DNA of 64,000 nt from Podarcis tiliguerta (lineage: Eukaryota): assembly GCA_965153285.1 (NCBI GenBank), contig OZ229111.1; one strand, 5' to 3'. The position numbers and the translations under genes are program-made. The notes under the pieces were generated by a model that worked only from the letters and a program-made list of their open reading frames with translations, ran no database searches and had not been told where the DNA came from. This document shows positions 1-12,854 of the stretch, in pieces (positions within the stretch are counted from its first letter, which is position 1; each line of letters starts with the position of its first letter).

Positions 1-792
1 AGATTAGAACAAAATAGGGGAGGATGAGAACCATAAATTTCACCTTGAGTTTTTTAGAGGATGGGTGGGATATAATTTAATAAATAAATAAGCACTACTC
101 AGTATTTATGCAAAAATGTATATTCTTTGAGTGTCAAATGAGTGAATTTAATTTACATTTTATTTTAGGTTTCAACTAGCTTAAAATCCATAGGATTACA
201 ATTGCATGAGTGAACATCCTGTTTTTTCCATAGATAAGAGGCTTAAAAACTTTGACCAATCCCTTTCTCAGATTCAGACCCACCATGAATTTTTTACTTC
301 TCTCTAAGTAGGTGGAGTGGATCAAAACTCACCAGCATATCTCACAATGTATACCAACTAGCCAGTAATTTTTGGAGTTTCCTGTCTTTGTCACAATAAA
401 TAGGTGTCACAGGAAATGTTTCCAGATCTGTGTGTGTATACTTTCAACCAGGTTTGTACTTCCCCATGCAAGCCAGGTAACTATATAAACAATCATTTCC
501 CATTACACCTTTTTCTCCTCTTCCTCCCCCTCTGGGAATTAGGTGGCGCAGTTTAGGAAGCCATGTCTGAAATAATGGACATAATACATAGGTTGTGGTT
601 CATTGCTTTATTGCGAAGTGCTCCTGAGCAATTTTGTAAAATTATCTCTCATTAATCCAATCGCAACACTTAAAATAATGCAAAGAGCCCAACCCAATTC
701 TTTCATTTTCATTTGCCTCAAGTCTGTTAGGGTGAGGAATACAGATATTGTAAAATAGCAGCTGCATTAGTAGAAACAGAAAAGAGGTGGTG

Positions 793-1278
793 CTGTATTA
801 GTCCAAATGTAAGCCGTACCCGCAAATAAGCCACACCTTTAAAATTTGGGGTGGCGGGAGACAATACCCGAATATAAGCCGCTCCCTTTAAATTCCACAG
901 ACACGCACACCCGTAAATGGCAACTGTAGAAGAAAATCCTATGGGTACTATTCCCCCGTGCTCCTTGGCTGCTTCCTGGGGTGGGGGGAGCTGTGCCGCT
1001 TTGCTGGCAGCCTCCCCCTTCCCGCCTTCTTTCCGGTGGTTTGGGGGAGGCTTGGGAGCCCTGGTTGGAACAGGCGCTGTTGTCCTGTACCCCTGATGGC
1101 CCTCATGATGGTATCCTGGACTGGGGCGCACTCTCCATTCCAGCCTTGGAAGGCAGGGTGGCATACCTAGGGCAGCTGTTTTAGCAGTGATATCGTAAGG
1201 TCGCGAATATAAGCTGCATTTTAACTTTTCAAGGTTGGAATTGGGGGGGGGGAGTGGCCTATATTTGGGCCAATACGG
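793..1278. mobile_element. Tc1/mariner (Tc2-like, CCGTA termini) non-autonomous DNA transposon
   Basis: Imperfect ~29-bp TIRs (ctgtattagtccaaatgtaagccg / ggcctatatttgggccaatacgg), TA at the right end, internal repeats of (c)gaatataagc. Confidence 0.7.
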
Positions 1279-1698
1279 TACTTGTTTCTGCATATTAACA
1301 GTTAGGTATCTTGCCAAAATAAAGATACTTTATAGGCTCTTAGTGGTGGCTTTGTGTAAAACTTGCAAATCCTCAGCATTTTGGAGAATTAGACACAGTT
1401 ACTGCAGTAAGTTGGAATTAATAATATATCTTTAGCCATTTCTTTTTTCAAATTTTCTTAAAATGAAAACTTTATTGATTTTATGTCAGTTTGTAGGACT
1501 TACTGGGTTATTGGTGTTAATTTCTATCTACCACCAGAAGTTGCATGCACATTCCTTCTCCCCCTATGGTTTGTTCCATTGATTTCTTAGCCTTGCCTGC
1601 TGACTCATAAATGAGATTACTGAAAAATCTGTTCTGAGTTTTTTCTTTGGTTTGCTTCGCATAGTGTAGGCTTATTTTAAGCTATAGTTGTGTAAGTG

Positions 1699-1949
1699 CA
1701 GGGGTCGGCAAACTTTTTCAGTAGGGGGCCAGTCCACTGTCCCTCAGACCTTGTGGAGGGCCGGACTATATTTTCCAAAAAAAAGATGAACGAATTCCTA
1801 TGCCCCACAAATAACCCAGAGATGCATTTTAAATAAAAGCACACATTCTACTCATGTAAAAACACGCTGATTCCCAGACAATCTGTGGGCCGGATTTAGA
1901 AGGCAATTGGGCCTGATCCGGCCCCCGGGCATTAGTTTGCCTACCCATG
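1699..1949. mobile_element. hAT (Charlie-like) MITE
   Basis: TIRs caggggtcggcaaact / agtttgcctacccatg; perfect 8-bp TSD tgtaagtg (1691-1698 and 1950-1957). Confidence 0.9.
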
Positions 1950-2977
1950 TGTAAGTGCGTGTAAGAATAGGTCATAAATTGGTTAGTTGCCATCTAACTT
2001 GCCTTGTAGGTTGGTTTCTCCGTTATACTAGAGTTGCAACATGTGTTCAGTTGACGAGTATGATAAATAAAAACAGTGTTCCTGTTTAATTTCGAAATAT
2101 TTTGGGCCCCTTTTATTTATTTTTCAAGTAAATCCTGCTCATGGTAATGTACAAATGCCAATTGTCCAGAGTTTGCTTTGGAGATGTATCCTCCTCTTGA
2201 CGTGGTATTTACCTAGTGCTAGATGTACTGTTGCTTAAAGAATGATACTGCAAAACAGAAGTGGCTAACTCCCAACCTGGGGGCCTGATCTGGCACTCAA
2301 GGCCCAACTGATTTTGGTGCTGGAGGAAGCAAAAAGAAAACAAAAAACAAAGGAGATGCAGTATTCTCTTCCCAGCTCAGCGCTCTGATGGTAATGGAAA
2401 TTGCCCCCTCCAGATATCAGGTTCAATATGTGATGAGCTGGGTCCGGTGACTTACATTCATCAGGTGACTGATATGATGAGCTGGGAAGGGGGTATTTCG
2501 CATCCACAGAACCCAGCTGGCTGATGGAGATACAAATTGCCACCATCCCATTCATCAAGTCAGTGCCCCCTTCCCAGATAATCTGGACATACCAGCTGAG
2601 GAGGAAGGTTTGTATTTTGTGTGAGACTCATTTTGGTTGCATCCCTGTTGGCATGTGCCCCCCCCCCCCAGATTGGCCAATGATGAAGTTAGTCACCCTT
2701 GCTGTAAAAGGTGCACAATACTAAAGCCTGCAAGCCTTGGGCAGGATTCACCTAAGGAGCCCTCTAAGGGTTTCCCCCCTTCTCTTGCTTTGTGTCCCTT
2801 TGAAATTGGCTGGGGTGTGTGTGTCAAAAGAGCCCTTAGAGCAGTGCCCAAGGAGGGAAAGAGGGAATCATTCCATCTGGCAAGCCACAATGCACGGCTT
2901 GATGTTGAATTCCACCACTTGTATTCTTTTCGTTCTGTTTCATGTTTAATATTGCACGCACTTCAATTTTTAAAATT

Positions 2978-3203
2978 CAGGGGTACCTCTGGTTACGTAC
3001 TTAATTCATTCCGGAGGTCCGTTCTTATCCTGAAACTGTTCTTAACCTGAAGCACAACTTTCATTAATGGGGCCTCCTGCTGCTGCCGCGCCGGCGGAGC
3101 ACGATTTCTGTTCTCATCCTGAAGCAAAGTTCTTAACCCGAGGTACTATTTCTGGGTTAGCGGAGTCTGTACCCTGAAGCGTATGTAACCCGAGGTACCA
3201 CTG
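2978..3203 (+). mobile_element. Tigger/pogo-like MITE, family A, copy 1
   Basis: TIRs caggggtacctctggttac / gtaacccgaggtaccactg + TA; homologous to 6709-6880 and 9451-9700. Confidence 0.85.
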
Positions 3204-3745
3204 TACTAGTTTTTTTAAAGAAATGATGTTGAAACTATTTATTTCACACACACACACACAGACCGTCTCCATCTACTTGCTGTGATTCGTTCATGCACCA
3301 CTTTCCGGAGAGTAATTCTGTGGGATTTATGTACATACATACAAAGTGAATTGATTAAAACTCATACTCTATTGACTAAGATTTCTTTAACCAGGAGGTT
3401 AAAGCCTTAGGTTATACAGACCATCTTCTTAAGTATTAAAATATATTCTAATAAATCTAAAAGACTCAAACTATACAATTTCATGGGCTTTGGATGAAAC
3501 TGTATAAAATGCTGTCACCCTTCCACCTGCCCCTGCCCCTAGCTTTGGTCTAACTTATGTTCTAACAAAATTGTATAAGCATATCATGCAGAAAATGCAT
3601 GAAAATGGTGGTTTGGGGAAGCCTCATAGTTGGAGAGGTAGGTGATGAGTTTGATTACTAACAGTTCAAATATGTAGGCCAGTGGAGAGGTGCATAGAGA
3701 CCTGTGGATGTGTTCTCTGTTTCTAGAAACATGTCCATGTTCATG

Positions 3746-4103
3746 TAAAAGGTAAAGGACCCCTGACCGTTAAGTCCAGTCGCGAACGACTCTGGGGTTG
3801 CAGCGCTCATCTCGCTTTACTGGCTGAGGGAGCCGACGTTTGTCTGCAGACAGTTTTTCCAGGTCATGTGGCCAGCATGACTAAGCAGCTTCTGGCGAAC
3901 CAGAGCAGCACACAGAAGCACCGTTTACCTTCTGCCAGAGCGGTACCTATTTATCTACTTGCACTTTGACGTGCTTTCGAACTGCTAGGTTGGCAGGAGC
4001 TGGGACTGAGCAACGGGAGCTTACCCCATTGCGGGGATTTGAACCGCCGACCTTCTGATCGGCAATCCCTAGGCTCAGTGGTTTAGACCACAGCGCCACC
4101 TGC
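3746..4103 (-). mobile_element. Sauria SINE (Squam1), near full length
   Basis: tRNA-like head at the right end (minus: ggtggcgctgtggtctaaacc...ggttcaaatccc), ACCTTT-type tail at the left, conserved ggtcatgtggccagcatgac core; possible TSD gttcatg (3739-3745 / 4104-4110). Confidence 0.9.
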
Positions 4104-5074
4104 GTTCATGAGTGTTTCTTAATTCATTCCTTTTACACCAAGAACATTGAACCCTTTCTTGTCCCTGAACCCTGTGTGCTGATTGTTTAGGTTTGTGGCA
4201 GTTAGAATAATCCTGAGTCCTTCGTGACACCCTTGCAGCTCAGCAAATGACTTGGGGAAGTCTCACGTGTTTTCCTGTATTTTATTGCTCACCGCCCTGT
4301 GACCCTTGGGTTGAAGGGTGGTGTACAACAAAATAAAATAAATGCTGCTGTAGCAAAACAAAAGCTGGTATTATTTCCCCCCTTTGAGTTGCACTTTTCA
4401 GCGAAAATAGCATCCCGGACTCTCAACTTCTCTCAGGGCAATCAGCATTTATTCACTACAAACATTGAGTCATAATTGTCAATATATATTTCAAATCTCT
4501 CAATATATAGAGGATATCAGAAAGATAAACAGCCCTCACATTAAATATTGTTGAGGGGGTAAGAATAAATGCTGATTAGTTTGAAGAATTGGGAGTTCTG
4601 ATGCATTAGCTTAGGTTTTTAATGCTCTGAAACATTATTCTATGTTACCCACCTAAGAAACCACATCTAACAAACCTCTTGCTTCTGACATTTATTTTAC
4701 TCTCTTGGGGGATTACTTAGGAACCACCTGGCATTCACAGTGGTTTGAGACTGAAGGAAAACAAAAGGCTTACTGGAATTGCTGTAGGTCTGTAGAATTG
4801 AATGAATAGCCTGCTCCATTACTGTTGTATTTATTGTGAGGTTACTCGCCATTTACTTTCCTTAGTTCGCTCTGCAGGTTAAAGTCTGTGATTAATTTTA
4901 TTTCAGTATATAAACTTGGGGCTTGTGCTTTTGAAATCTTTATTTTTAAGTGTCTCCTTGAATAACAAGTCCAGCAGCCTGTCTCTGAGCAGTGATGGGA
5001 ATCTTATCTTTCTGGATAGTCCTTACACCCAAGATTCATTAGCTAGTGTGGATTTAGTTAGCTAACGTTACTAT

Positions 5075-5670
5075 GTGCTGTTAGCATCCATCCGTCTCAA
5101 GAGACAGTGGAGTGGACCTCTGAGTGTGAAGTCAAACCGCTGTGTTAGCAGCTCCGAAGTGACCTCCCCGGGGTGCAAGCCTGGCAGTGTGTATGGAGGT
5201 CCTAGGCTGCCCAGACATCAAGACCCACCCTCAACCTCACTAATGTGGTCCAAAGGAAAGCAGATCAATACATTTGGCACCAGCTTGGCTGCAGGAGTTG
5301 CTGGAAGGAGGCATAAAACCAACTTGGGGACTCCACTATGTAGGATTTACTCCTTAGCCTTTTCCCACAAGACAGTGAAGGTTTAGGATCAGAGTCTTCC
5401 TTCCCAAATAGGCTGCCTTCCCAAATTGACGAGCCCCCATTTGCCCTCGTTTCCCTCTACAGCACATGTAGAAACAGCCTTCTTGACCATTGAACCCACT
5501 ATTGGTTTCGTTTGCTCAATCTGCTGGAGTCTCGCAGGGGAATTCCCAAACTCACTGAAGGTTTGAGACACATCGGCTACCCTCACCTGGTTTAGCTGGC
5601 CAGTCGAAGCCATTCCCCGGGTGTGGCCACTGTCACATGCTGACAGCTTACAGGAGCCACAGGTGAGAAC
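5075..5670. mobile_element. Interspersed repeat, probably derived from an RTE-clade LINE (family uncertain)
   Basis: GC-richer block with sharp edges and motifs (ggctgccttccc...gacgagcccc; ggctaccctcacctggtttagc) recalled from squamate RTE-like repeats. Confidence 0.4.
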
Positions 5671-5824
5671 TAAGTATTCCAAGTTTAGTAATGCCAGAAT
5701 TTATTGTAGTAGTTAGAATTTTGACTCAGGCCAGCAAGATCGGAGTTCAACTCCCAGTTCATTTATGAAGCTCACTGGGTGACTTTGAGTAAATTGTTCA
5801 TGCTCTGACAAGCTCACTTCACAG

Positions 5825-5914
5825 CATAGCTGTCAACTTTTATCTTTTCTTGCGAGGAATCCTATTCGGAATAAGGGAATTTCCCTTAAAAAATGGGAAA
5901 CATTGGCAGCTATG
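5825..5914. mobile_element. 90-bp hAT-like MITE
   Basis: TIRs catagctgtcaac / attggcagctatg; 8-bp target cttcacag. Confidence 0.75.
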
Positions 5915-5919
5915 CTTCA

Positions 5920-6200
5920 GTGTGGTGTAGTGGTTAAGAGCGGTAGTCACGTAATCTGGGTAACCGGGTTCGCGTCTCCGCTCCTCCACATGCAGCTGCT
6001 GGGTGACCTTGGGCCAGTCACAGTCTCTCAGCCCCACTCACCTCACAGAGTGTTTGTTGTGGGGGAGGAAGGGAAAGGAGAATGTTAGCCGCTTTGAGAC
6101 TCCTGAAAGGGAGTGAAAGGCGGGATATCAAATCCAAACTCTTCTTCTTCTTCTTCTTCTTCTTCTTCTTCTTCTTCTTCTTCTTCTTCTTCTTCTTCTT
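5920..6200 (+). mobile_element. Young Squam3-like tRNA-derived SINE with (CTT)20 tail
   Basis: A-box tggtgtagtgg (5923-5933), B-box-like gggttcgcgtctcc, core tgggtgaccttgggccagtcac, L2-like 3' end, CTT tail 6141-6200; CpGs retained. Confidence 0.85.
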
Positions 6201-6708
6201 CACAGGGTGGTTGTGAGAATGAAGGGAGGTAGCCCCAAGTCTCCCTGTCATCATATCTGGCTTTGGTCCTCCTCAGCCTAACCCTTAGAACTACCAACAT
6301 AGCGCTTGTGGGTGCATGTGTTCCTGCCAGGACCTTCATGGCCCCCACAGTGACTCCCTCCCCTTCCTTAATATTAGGTCTTGAATTTTTTGAAGGCTAA
6401 TTGCAGTGTAGGGGCATTTGGGGGGGGTCACCACTGGGGATGAAAATATAAATCGTCCCTGCCCCAGCTGTGACCAACCTGATGAAATTGTGTTTGTGAG
6501 GCTGCTGCTAGGCTTGGAATAAACCGTCTATTGACTACATCACCTCTTACACTCAGCAATTAGGCCTGAAATTTGGTTCCAACAGAAGGTGAATAAATGC
6601 ACAAAGTTAACCATTTCCTTGGTTGCACTCTCTTTGAAAGAGTCAATTGGATTTAGTTTTTGAGCTTAATTGCAAAAGGCGAGGAAAAATGTAGTCAACA
6701 GAAGACTA

Positions 6709-6880
6709 CAATGATACCTTGGGTTATAGACGCTTTAGGTTACAGACTCCGCTAACCCAGAAATAGTACCTCGGGTTAAGAACTTTGCTTCAGGATGAGA
6801 ACAGAAATCGGGCAGCAGGAGGCCCCATTAGCTAAAGTGGTGCTTCAGGTTAAGAACAGTTTCAGGTTAAGAACGGACCT
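6709..6880 (-). mobile_element. Tigger-like MITE family A, inverted truncated copy
   Basis: Reverse complement of 2978-3203; abuts a CR1 3'-end remnant (ggtctcttccaactctatgattctatga). Confidence 0.8.
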
Positions 6881-9450
6881 AGTGGTCTCTTCCAACTCTA
6901 TGATTCTATGAGCTCCAATAAAAGGACAAGTGATTAAGTCATTACCTAAATGGTTCCCAGGATGTTATGTGATACATGTGACTTCTATGCAAACTGCAAA
7001 CAAAGTTTGTTATGGCTGCATTTGTTATAATATGTGTAATTCATTTGGGCAACAGGAAGGATGATTAGACTAATGATTTTGGGGGATCTTATTTTTTTAA
7101 ACATAGAATTCTTAAAATTGAAATGTCTTAAAATATACAGAAAGTAGTGAAAACACCCAGTATACTGATATTTGCTGCGGGAAGTCTTTTACCTTTCTAT
7201 GTAGCAAATGTATGTATTCCTTGCTCTCCAGATGTCTTTAGGATGAGGAGTCATTGTCTCTGTTCTGTCTGCAGGCAGTTGTAACACAAACTGCATCAAC
7301 TAATCTGCTGCAGTGTTGCAGGAAAGATAAGATGATCATTGCATATATATTTTAATCCCATAATTTTTCAAAGAAGTGCTGCTCAAGAGATTTAATTGCA
7401 CATTATTTTTAAAAAGCAATAACCTGATGATAAAATAAGAAAACAAAAAGATATGTTCAAACTATAATGGGAAGTTAAGCAGTAGCTACACAAGTATTCA
7501 AAATACTTAGGATGTAAATGAGCTTCCTCACTGCTCCAAAATGCACAATCTCTATGTACAAAGCACTTTTAAGGAGATAGAGACACTTAATTTTCATCTC
7601 CTCTTGAAAATGTGCATTTTGCCTTTGTAGCAAACTATTTTGATCAGTTGTCTAAAGTATATATTTTACCTTTGTTCTTGTGTCCCTCTTTTAAAAATGT
7701 TTTTGTTATAACTAAAGTAAACACATTATTTTGAATGTGTTTTTTCTGCAAAGTATTACCTCATCATCTGTGAATGTAAGAAACTGAGGTAGTAAATGAT
7801 GAGTGCATAGAGAAAAGCTTCTTCCCCCCTCTTGAGTTTTGACATAAATAGTTTTGACTATTTATGTGAGGGATTTTGCAGACTCTTAAGTCTGATAGCA
7901 CCCAGGTTGGGAAAATCTTAACTCGGTCCTTGACCTCTCTGTTGTTGAATTCTTTTTCCTCAAGTCATTATTTCAGTTTGTTTTGGTTGTTTTGTGAATC
8001 AGAATTGAAGCACAGATGTGTATACAGCAAGTAAGTTAAGCAATTTAGATGGCAGCTGTTACTGTATCTGGAAGAGCTTTCCCTCTTTTTCCATTTAAAT
8101 GCTTTGAATTCAGAATTATTAGCATGAGGAGATTTTTTGCATTGTCCATCTTCCTCTAACAGAATATCTTCATCGCCAGGTACAATTCTTCACTGGGGTA
8201 TGTATTTTGTACCACAAACACTTAAAAAACAACAACAACACACTGCATTCAGAATAAGCCATAAAGACAAGAACTAATGTGTGGTTCCTTGTTTGGGGCA
8301 GAGATTAGGCTACAGCAGTGTGACTAAGAGACAAACACCAGGAATGAATGTATCATCATAATGTTTAAAACCCAAATGTGTGTCTTTTCAAAAGTCGAGC
8401 ATTAAACTACACCTTAGTATAACATATAAAACTTAAAACCAATAAAAATTAATGGGTGTAAGTTAAAGTCCATTGATTTCAATGGGTTTACTCTGACTAA
8501 CATTGGATTTTGCTGTATAACCAAAAGTGATAATAGAAGATTATTAAATGATTAAAGTGCCTTACATGTTTGGTTTTTCCAAGGACAGAAGCAAGCACTT
8601 AATTGCATGTGTTTCAGTGGAATAAAATGTATTTTAATAGGGTTCTAGTTCTACTATCATATAGTGTCAGATCAGAAGTAATCATTCTTAATCTGTTGTA
8701 CAGGTGAATGTGACCTGGTTGAGATACTCTCCTTTAAGACTGAGCAGCTGTAAATGGTGTGGCTGTCTAATCATTTTTTTTCTTATTGGTCTTGTAATCT
8801 AAACTGAAACTTAGCATATTGTAAAATGTGCAAAAGTAGTGGATATCTTTAAAAAAAATGTGCTTAACGGAAGGTGTTTGGAATGAAGGGCAACTTATGC
8901 ATTTTTTTTCTGTAGCGTTTACTTCAGAGGACACCTGCAAACAGATGTTTTTTATTGCTTTTTAATGTTCTACCTTGTATTCTTGTTTTGAGTTTATTGG
9001 AAACAATGTGGTTTTAGCAGTTACTGTTTTATGCTGTGAAACAGTATCACTTCTTCAGCTTTCATAATAGTATTTGTAAATAATTCTAAAAGTAGCTGCT
9101 GATGTTAAATCTGGTGAAAAGATAAAATTCTTTCAGTAAGATAAAAGTATGTGATCGTTGAATAATTGCTCAGTTAAGAGATTTGGGGCTTCCAGTTGTT
9201 TTCCCAAGGCACTGTTTGGAGTTGGCAGAAGATAAAGAGCAAAGCAGCATTTTAGTCACCATAGCGCAAGAAGAATTTTTGTATCTAAGAAAACAGCTAC
9301 TGGAAGAGCAGGAATTAGTCTCTTTGAAGCATGTGCCCTTGCTATTCTGAAGGGTAACACCATTTATCTGAAAAAGAGAATTGCAGTGTCTGCTTTTTTT
9401 AGGGTGGTTCCATACTTTAGTGAAGCATTGTTCTTTTATAGTTATCTATA

Positions 9451-9700
9451 CAGTGGTACCTTGGGTTAAGTACTTAATTTGTTCCGGAGGTCCGTTCTTA
9501 ACCTGAAACTGTTCTTAACCTGAAGCACCACTTTAGCTAATGAGGCCTCCTGCTGCTGCCGCGCTGCCGCTGCACGATTTCTGTTCTCATCCTGAAGCAA
9601 AGTTCTTAACCCAAGGTACTGTTTCTGGGTTAGCGGAGTCTGTAACCTGAAGCGTTGTTAAAACTGAGGTTCCACACGTTGTTAAAACTGAGGTTCCACA
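9451..9700 (+). mobile_element. Tigger-like MITE family A, copy with a duplicated right end
   Basis: TA|cagtggtaccttgggttaag start; body nearly identical to 2978-3203. Confidence 0.85.
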
Positions 9701-12700
9701 CTACACTTAGTATAGCACTATGCTCTGTTCCTTAGCCAAGATCCATCTACAATGTTTACTTATAAGTGCCACTCAAAAGTTATTTCCAGTGTTAATGAAA
9801 AGTTTCCTGTTTTCAGATTCTGTCCATATTTCCTTCCTTTTGATTGCGGCCAGAAAGAAAAGTCCCGCCGTCCCGCCCCCCAGCCATATTGCCCTAGTGT
9901 CAGTCTCTGTTTGTCCCCTCAGGGGAAAGATTTAATTACTAATCGTTCTACATTATTTTCTCTTTTCGCTTTTTAATAGCAAAATAGTACTATTTTGTTG
10001 TGAGAAAATATTAGAGGAAATGATTATACTGTACCCTCATTATCAGCTGAGCAGATACTGACACTAAGGCAATTGATATCACTAATCTGCTCATTCATCA
10101 CAAAGTATGATAAAAAGGAACAGGGAACAAAAGAAGAAAGCTGTAGGTGTATTTCCCTAAAAATATAGCAGTTCCAATTGTACAAGAGTGCCTTGCCTCT
10201 TCACACAGGGCAACTGGTAATGCAATTGATTTGTTTTGCAAACAGACAAACAAACCAACCACCCCTACTGCAAATGAAGTCTGAAAAAACAAGATAAGTC
10301 AAACCCCTGGATTCCCAACAACAGAGACTGGATTCCCCATTTTAAAAATGGGTGAAGAAAGGGTGGCAATCCCAGAGTAAGAAGTAGTGATGAGAAGCCA
10401 TCTAAGTTGTTGTCCTGGTCCTTTGCATCCCCAGTGGGCCTATGCTACATTTTGCTATGGTTTGGGGCGCATTCATGAGAAGGGCTAACAACTAAGAAAG
10501 AGCTTAGCTAGCCACTAACAATTACCTGGAGTCTGTAGAAACTTGGAGCTGTAGCTGAGCAATTGCCAAAGCAATTTGATAACTAGCAGCATTTTTTAAA
10601 AAAATAAAAAACTCACTTGTTTGCAGCCAGTATACAGGCTAAGTTTCATACTTAATAAGCTGTCAGGATGTCTGTTTAAAAGTGCATTATGCATTATAGA
10701 AATTGTGGCTTGAGCAAGGTGGTGTTGGCCCACTCCTTAGCCCTCAAAGACCTTTCTAGTATTAGAATATGGGTATGTTTAGAACAAAGACCTTTTGAGA
10801 GGATTATAATGAATGCAGCCATAATGGATTGCTTTTATGTTGGCACAATGGCTACCTGTATTAGAGAACATCTGTGGAGCCATCTAGATAAGCAAGCTAA
10901 TTTGTCAGCTGCCCCTTTTCCCTTCCAAGCTAAAGGGCTGATTCTACTTCGTTCTGTGCAGTTCAGAAATAGTCCTGTTTTGGATTTGATAATTCTTTTA
11001 CTTCCCAAATGCTATTTTTTTTAATAACCAGGAATACTTTAGTAATTGTAGTAATAGGAGAAGTGGAATGGGGCTGATCTATACTGCAATACTGAGTAAT
11101 AAATGAGGTCTTGAATCCAGTTCTTTACTACCACGTTGACCAGTTGTATACCTATACATTTTTAATAGGAAACGTTCAGCAAATCATAATCATGCCTAAA
11201 ATCGAACCTTGAGAGCTTGTGTACTGACATCTCTACTTTCAGCAAATGCAGCTAAATTGTACATGTGAAAAGGAAGATGAGGGAGAAAACTTAGTGCAGT
11301 GTATGTTTAGATGTAGAGCAGAAGTGGGAAAATTCAGTAGTCTGGATTTGTGAAGTGACCTTGTCCACCTTCTATTACCTTAGCATCTATGATTTCTTCT
11401 TGCTGTAGATGCATTGTACAAAACTGTGTCCATTTGAAATTGAAATTCAGCTCCTATAATATATTTTATTTAAAAAAATGTGGTAGTGGGGGAAGGTACA
11501 GGAGCAGAAAAATTAAATGCCTCTGTTTTGATTTATTATGAATATTATTAACTTACAGTACTTCAGGCCACAATCATAGCCCTGTGTTAAGGTTGAGTGG
11601 CACAATGAGAAATTGGGCTAAGGGCAGTAGATTCTATAGCTTATTGTTCAAAATGGCTCAGCAGTTTGTTTGGAAACTCGGCAGTGTAGGAAAAGTGTTT
11701 GTGTGATCTTTGCAAAATTCAGGGTAGAAATTATAAGAAATTGCTTGTTTTGAATGAGATAAGTATTTGATGAGAGACTCTGGCATCTTGACTGATATTG
11801 CAAGCTTTCCTCCCATAGACTTCGCTGTGCTGATTTTTCTGGAGAGACTTCTGTTTCTACTGCAGGCTTTATAAAATGAGTTGTTTTAGGTAAAGGGTGG
11901 GGGACATCTAGAATGCACTTTTTACCTCTGAGTGTTGTAACATGGTTGTAGTTTTTAATAAAAAGGCATTTTTCTTCTTTCATTGTGCTTTTGTTTTAGC
12001 TCTTTTCAGCCAGAACTCACCAGAACTCAGTTCCGGCACCTCTCTGGTGGGCAACATTGCTATTATAACTTATTATTCTAGAAAAATAGCACTGGTACAA
12101 GGAAGAACCTTCACCAAAATTCAGTTAAATAATTTGAAAAGGGCATTTTTTGGCCAGTGTTGGTCAACAGACTCGATTATTCTGCTGTGCAATGATTTCT
12201 GTCTTTGCAATGGTTTCTATCTAATGTTACCCTCTAAAACTTGATATTGATAACCAAGATTCTCAGAGACCAGGCCTTGAAGAGTTTACAGTTCAGGTAG
12301 GCCAAGATGTTAAAAGTTACGTGTTAAAGGAGATGAGCGAAAAAAATCACAGGGTATAAGTAAAAATAGTTTTGAGCAGTGTGTGGGAAAGCAGGAAATA
12401 TTTCTGATTTCTGGCAGGCAGTTTTTGTAGGCACAGCAGAGACTTCATGGAAGAAAGGTAGGCGGGAGATTTTAGGGCGGCTATGCTTGGTTTAGCTGCT
12501 GAATTCCCTATTTAAAGGATAATTGCCAGTTGATCTGAAAACCTTCAGCTGGGCCTTCTCCTGTACCTTTCACAACCATACAATATGCAGAAATCAACCA
12601 GGGTGATTGGAGGGTATAGGAACCAACGTAATCCCCTGCTAATGTCACCCAAAGAACTGGTTGTTAACAGGCAGAGAATGCAGTGGCAGCCTGTAAAAGT

Positions 12701-12854
12701 TGGCAGTTTCAGTTTAAAAGAGGCGAAGCTTGTACTAATTTATAGTTGCCCGATGATTGCCTCCCCTCTAAGTTAACTGTGTGCTGACCCTCTCACGAGG
12801 AACAAGCCAGGCTCTAGCTCTTTGCCCAGTGGTGGAGCATGAAGGAGAAGTGAA

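Larger units (their letters stand above)
5704..6230 (+). mobile_element. Old MIR/Ther1-type (Squam3-like) SINE, split into 5704-5824 and 6206-6230 by younger insertions
   Basis: Decayed tRNA head (tgtagtagttaga...gagttcaactccc) and core ctgggtgacttt...cttcacag|ggtggttgtgagaatgaa, which rejoins across the inserts. Confidence 0.6.

Noticed and set aside
727-1317. 196-aa minus-strand ORF
   Set aside because: Lies over the Tc2-like non-autonomous transposon; no transposase or other recognisable motif
4020-4103. tRNA-like sequences (also 5920-5985 and ~62280-62355)
   Set aside because: These are SINE heads with A/B boxes continuing into SINE bodies; no complete cloverleaf
6018-6348. ORFs with poly-Lys and poly-Glu runs
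   Set aside because: Translations of the (CTT)20 SINE tail
9653-9700. CRISPR-like direct repeats (also 53936-53999)
   Set aside because: Only two copies each, no unique spacers, eukaryotic context
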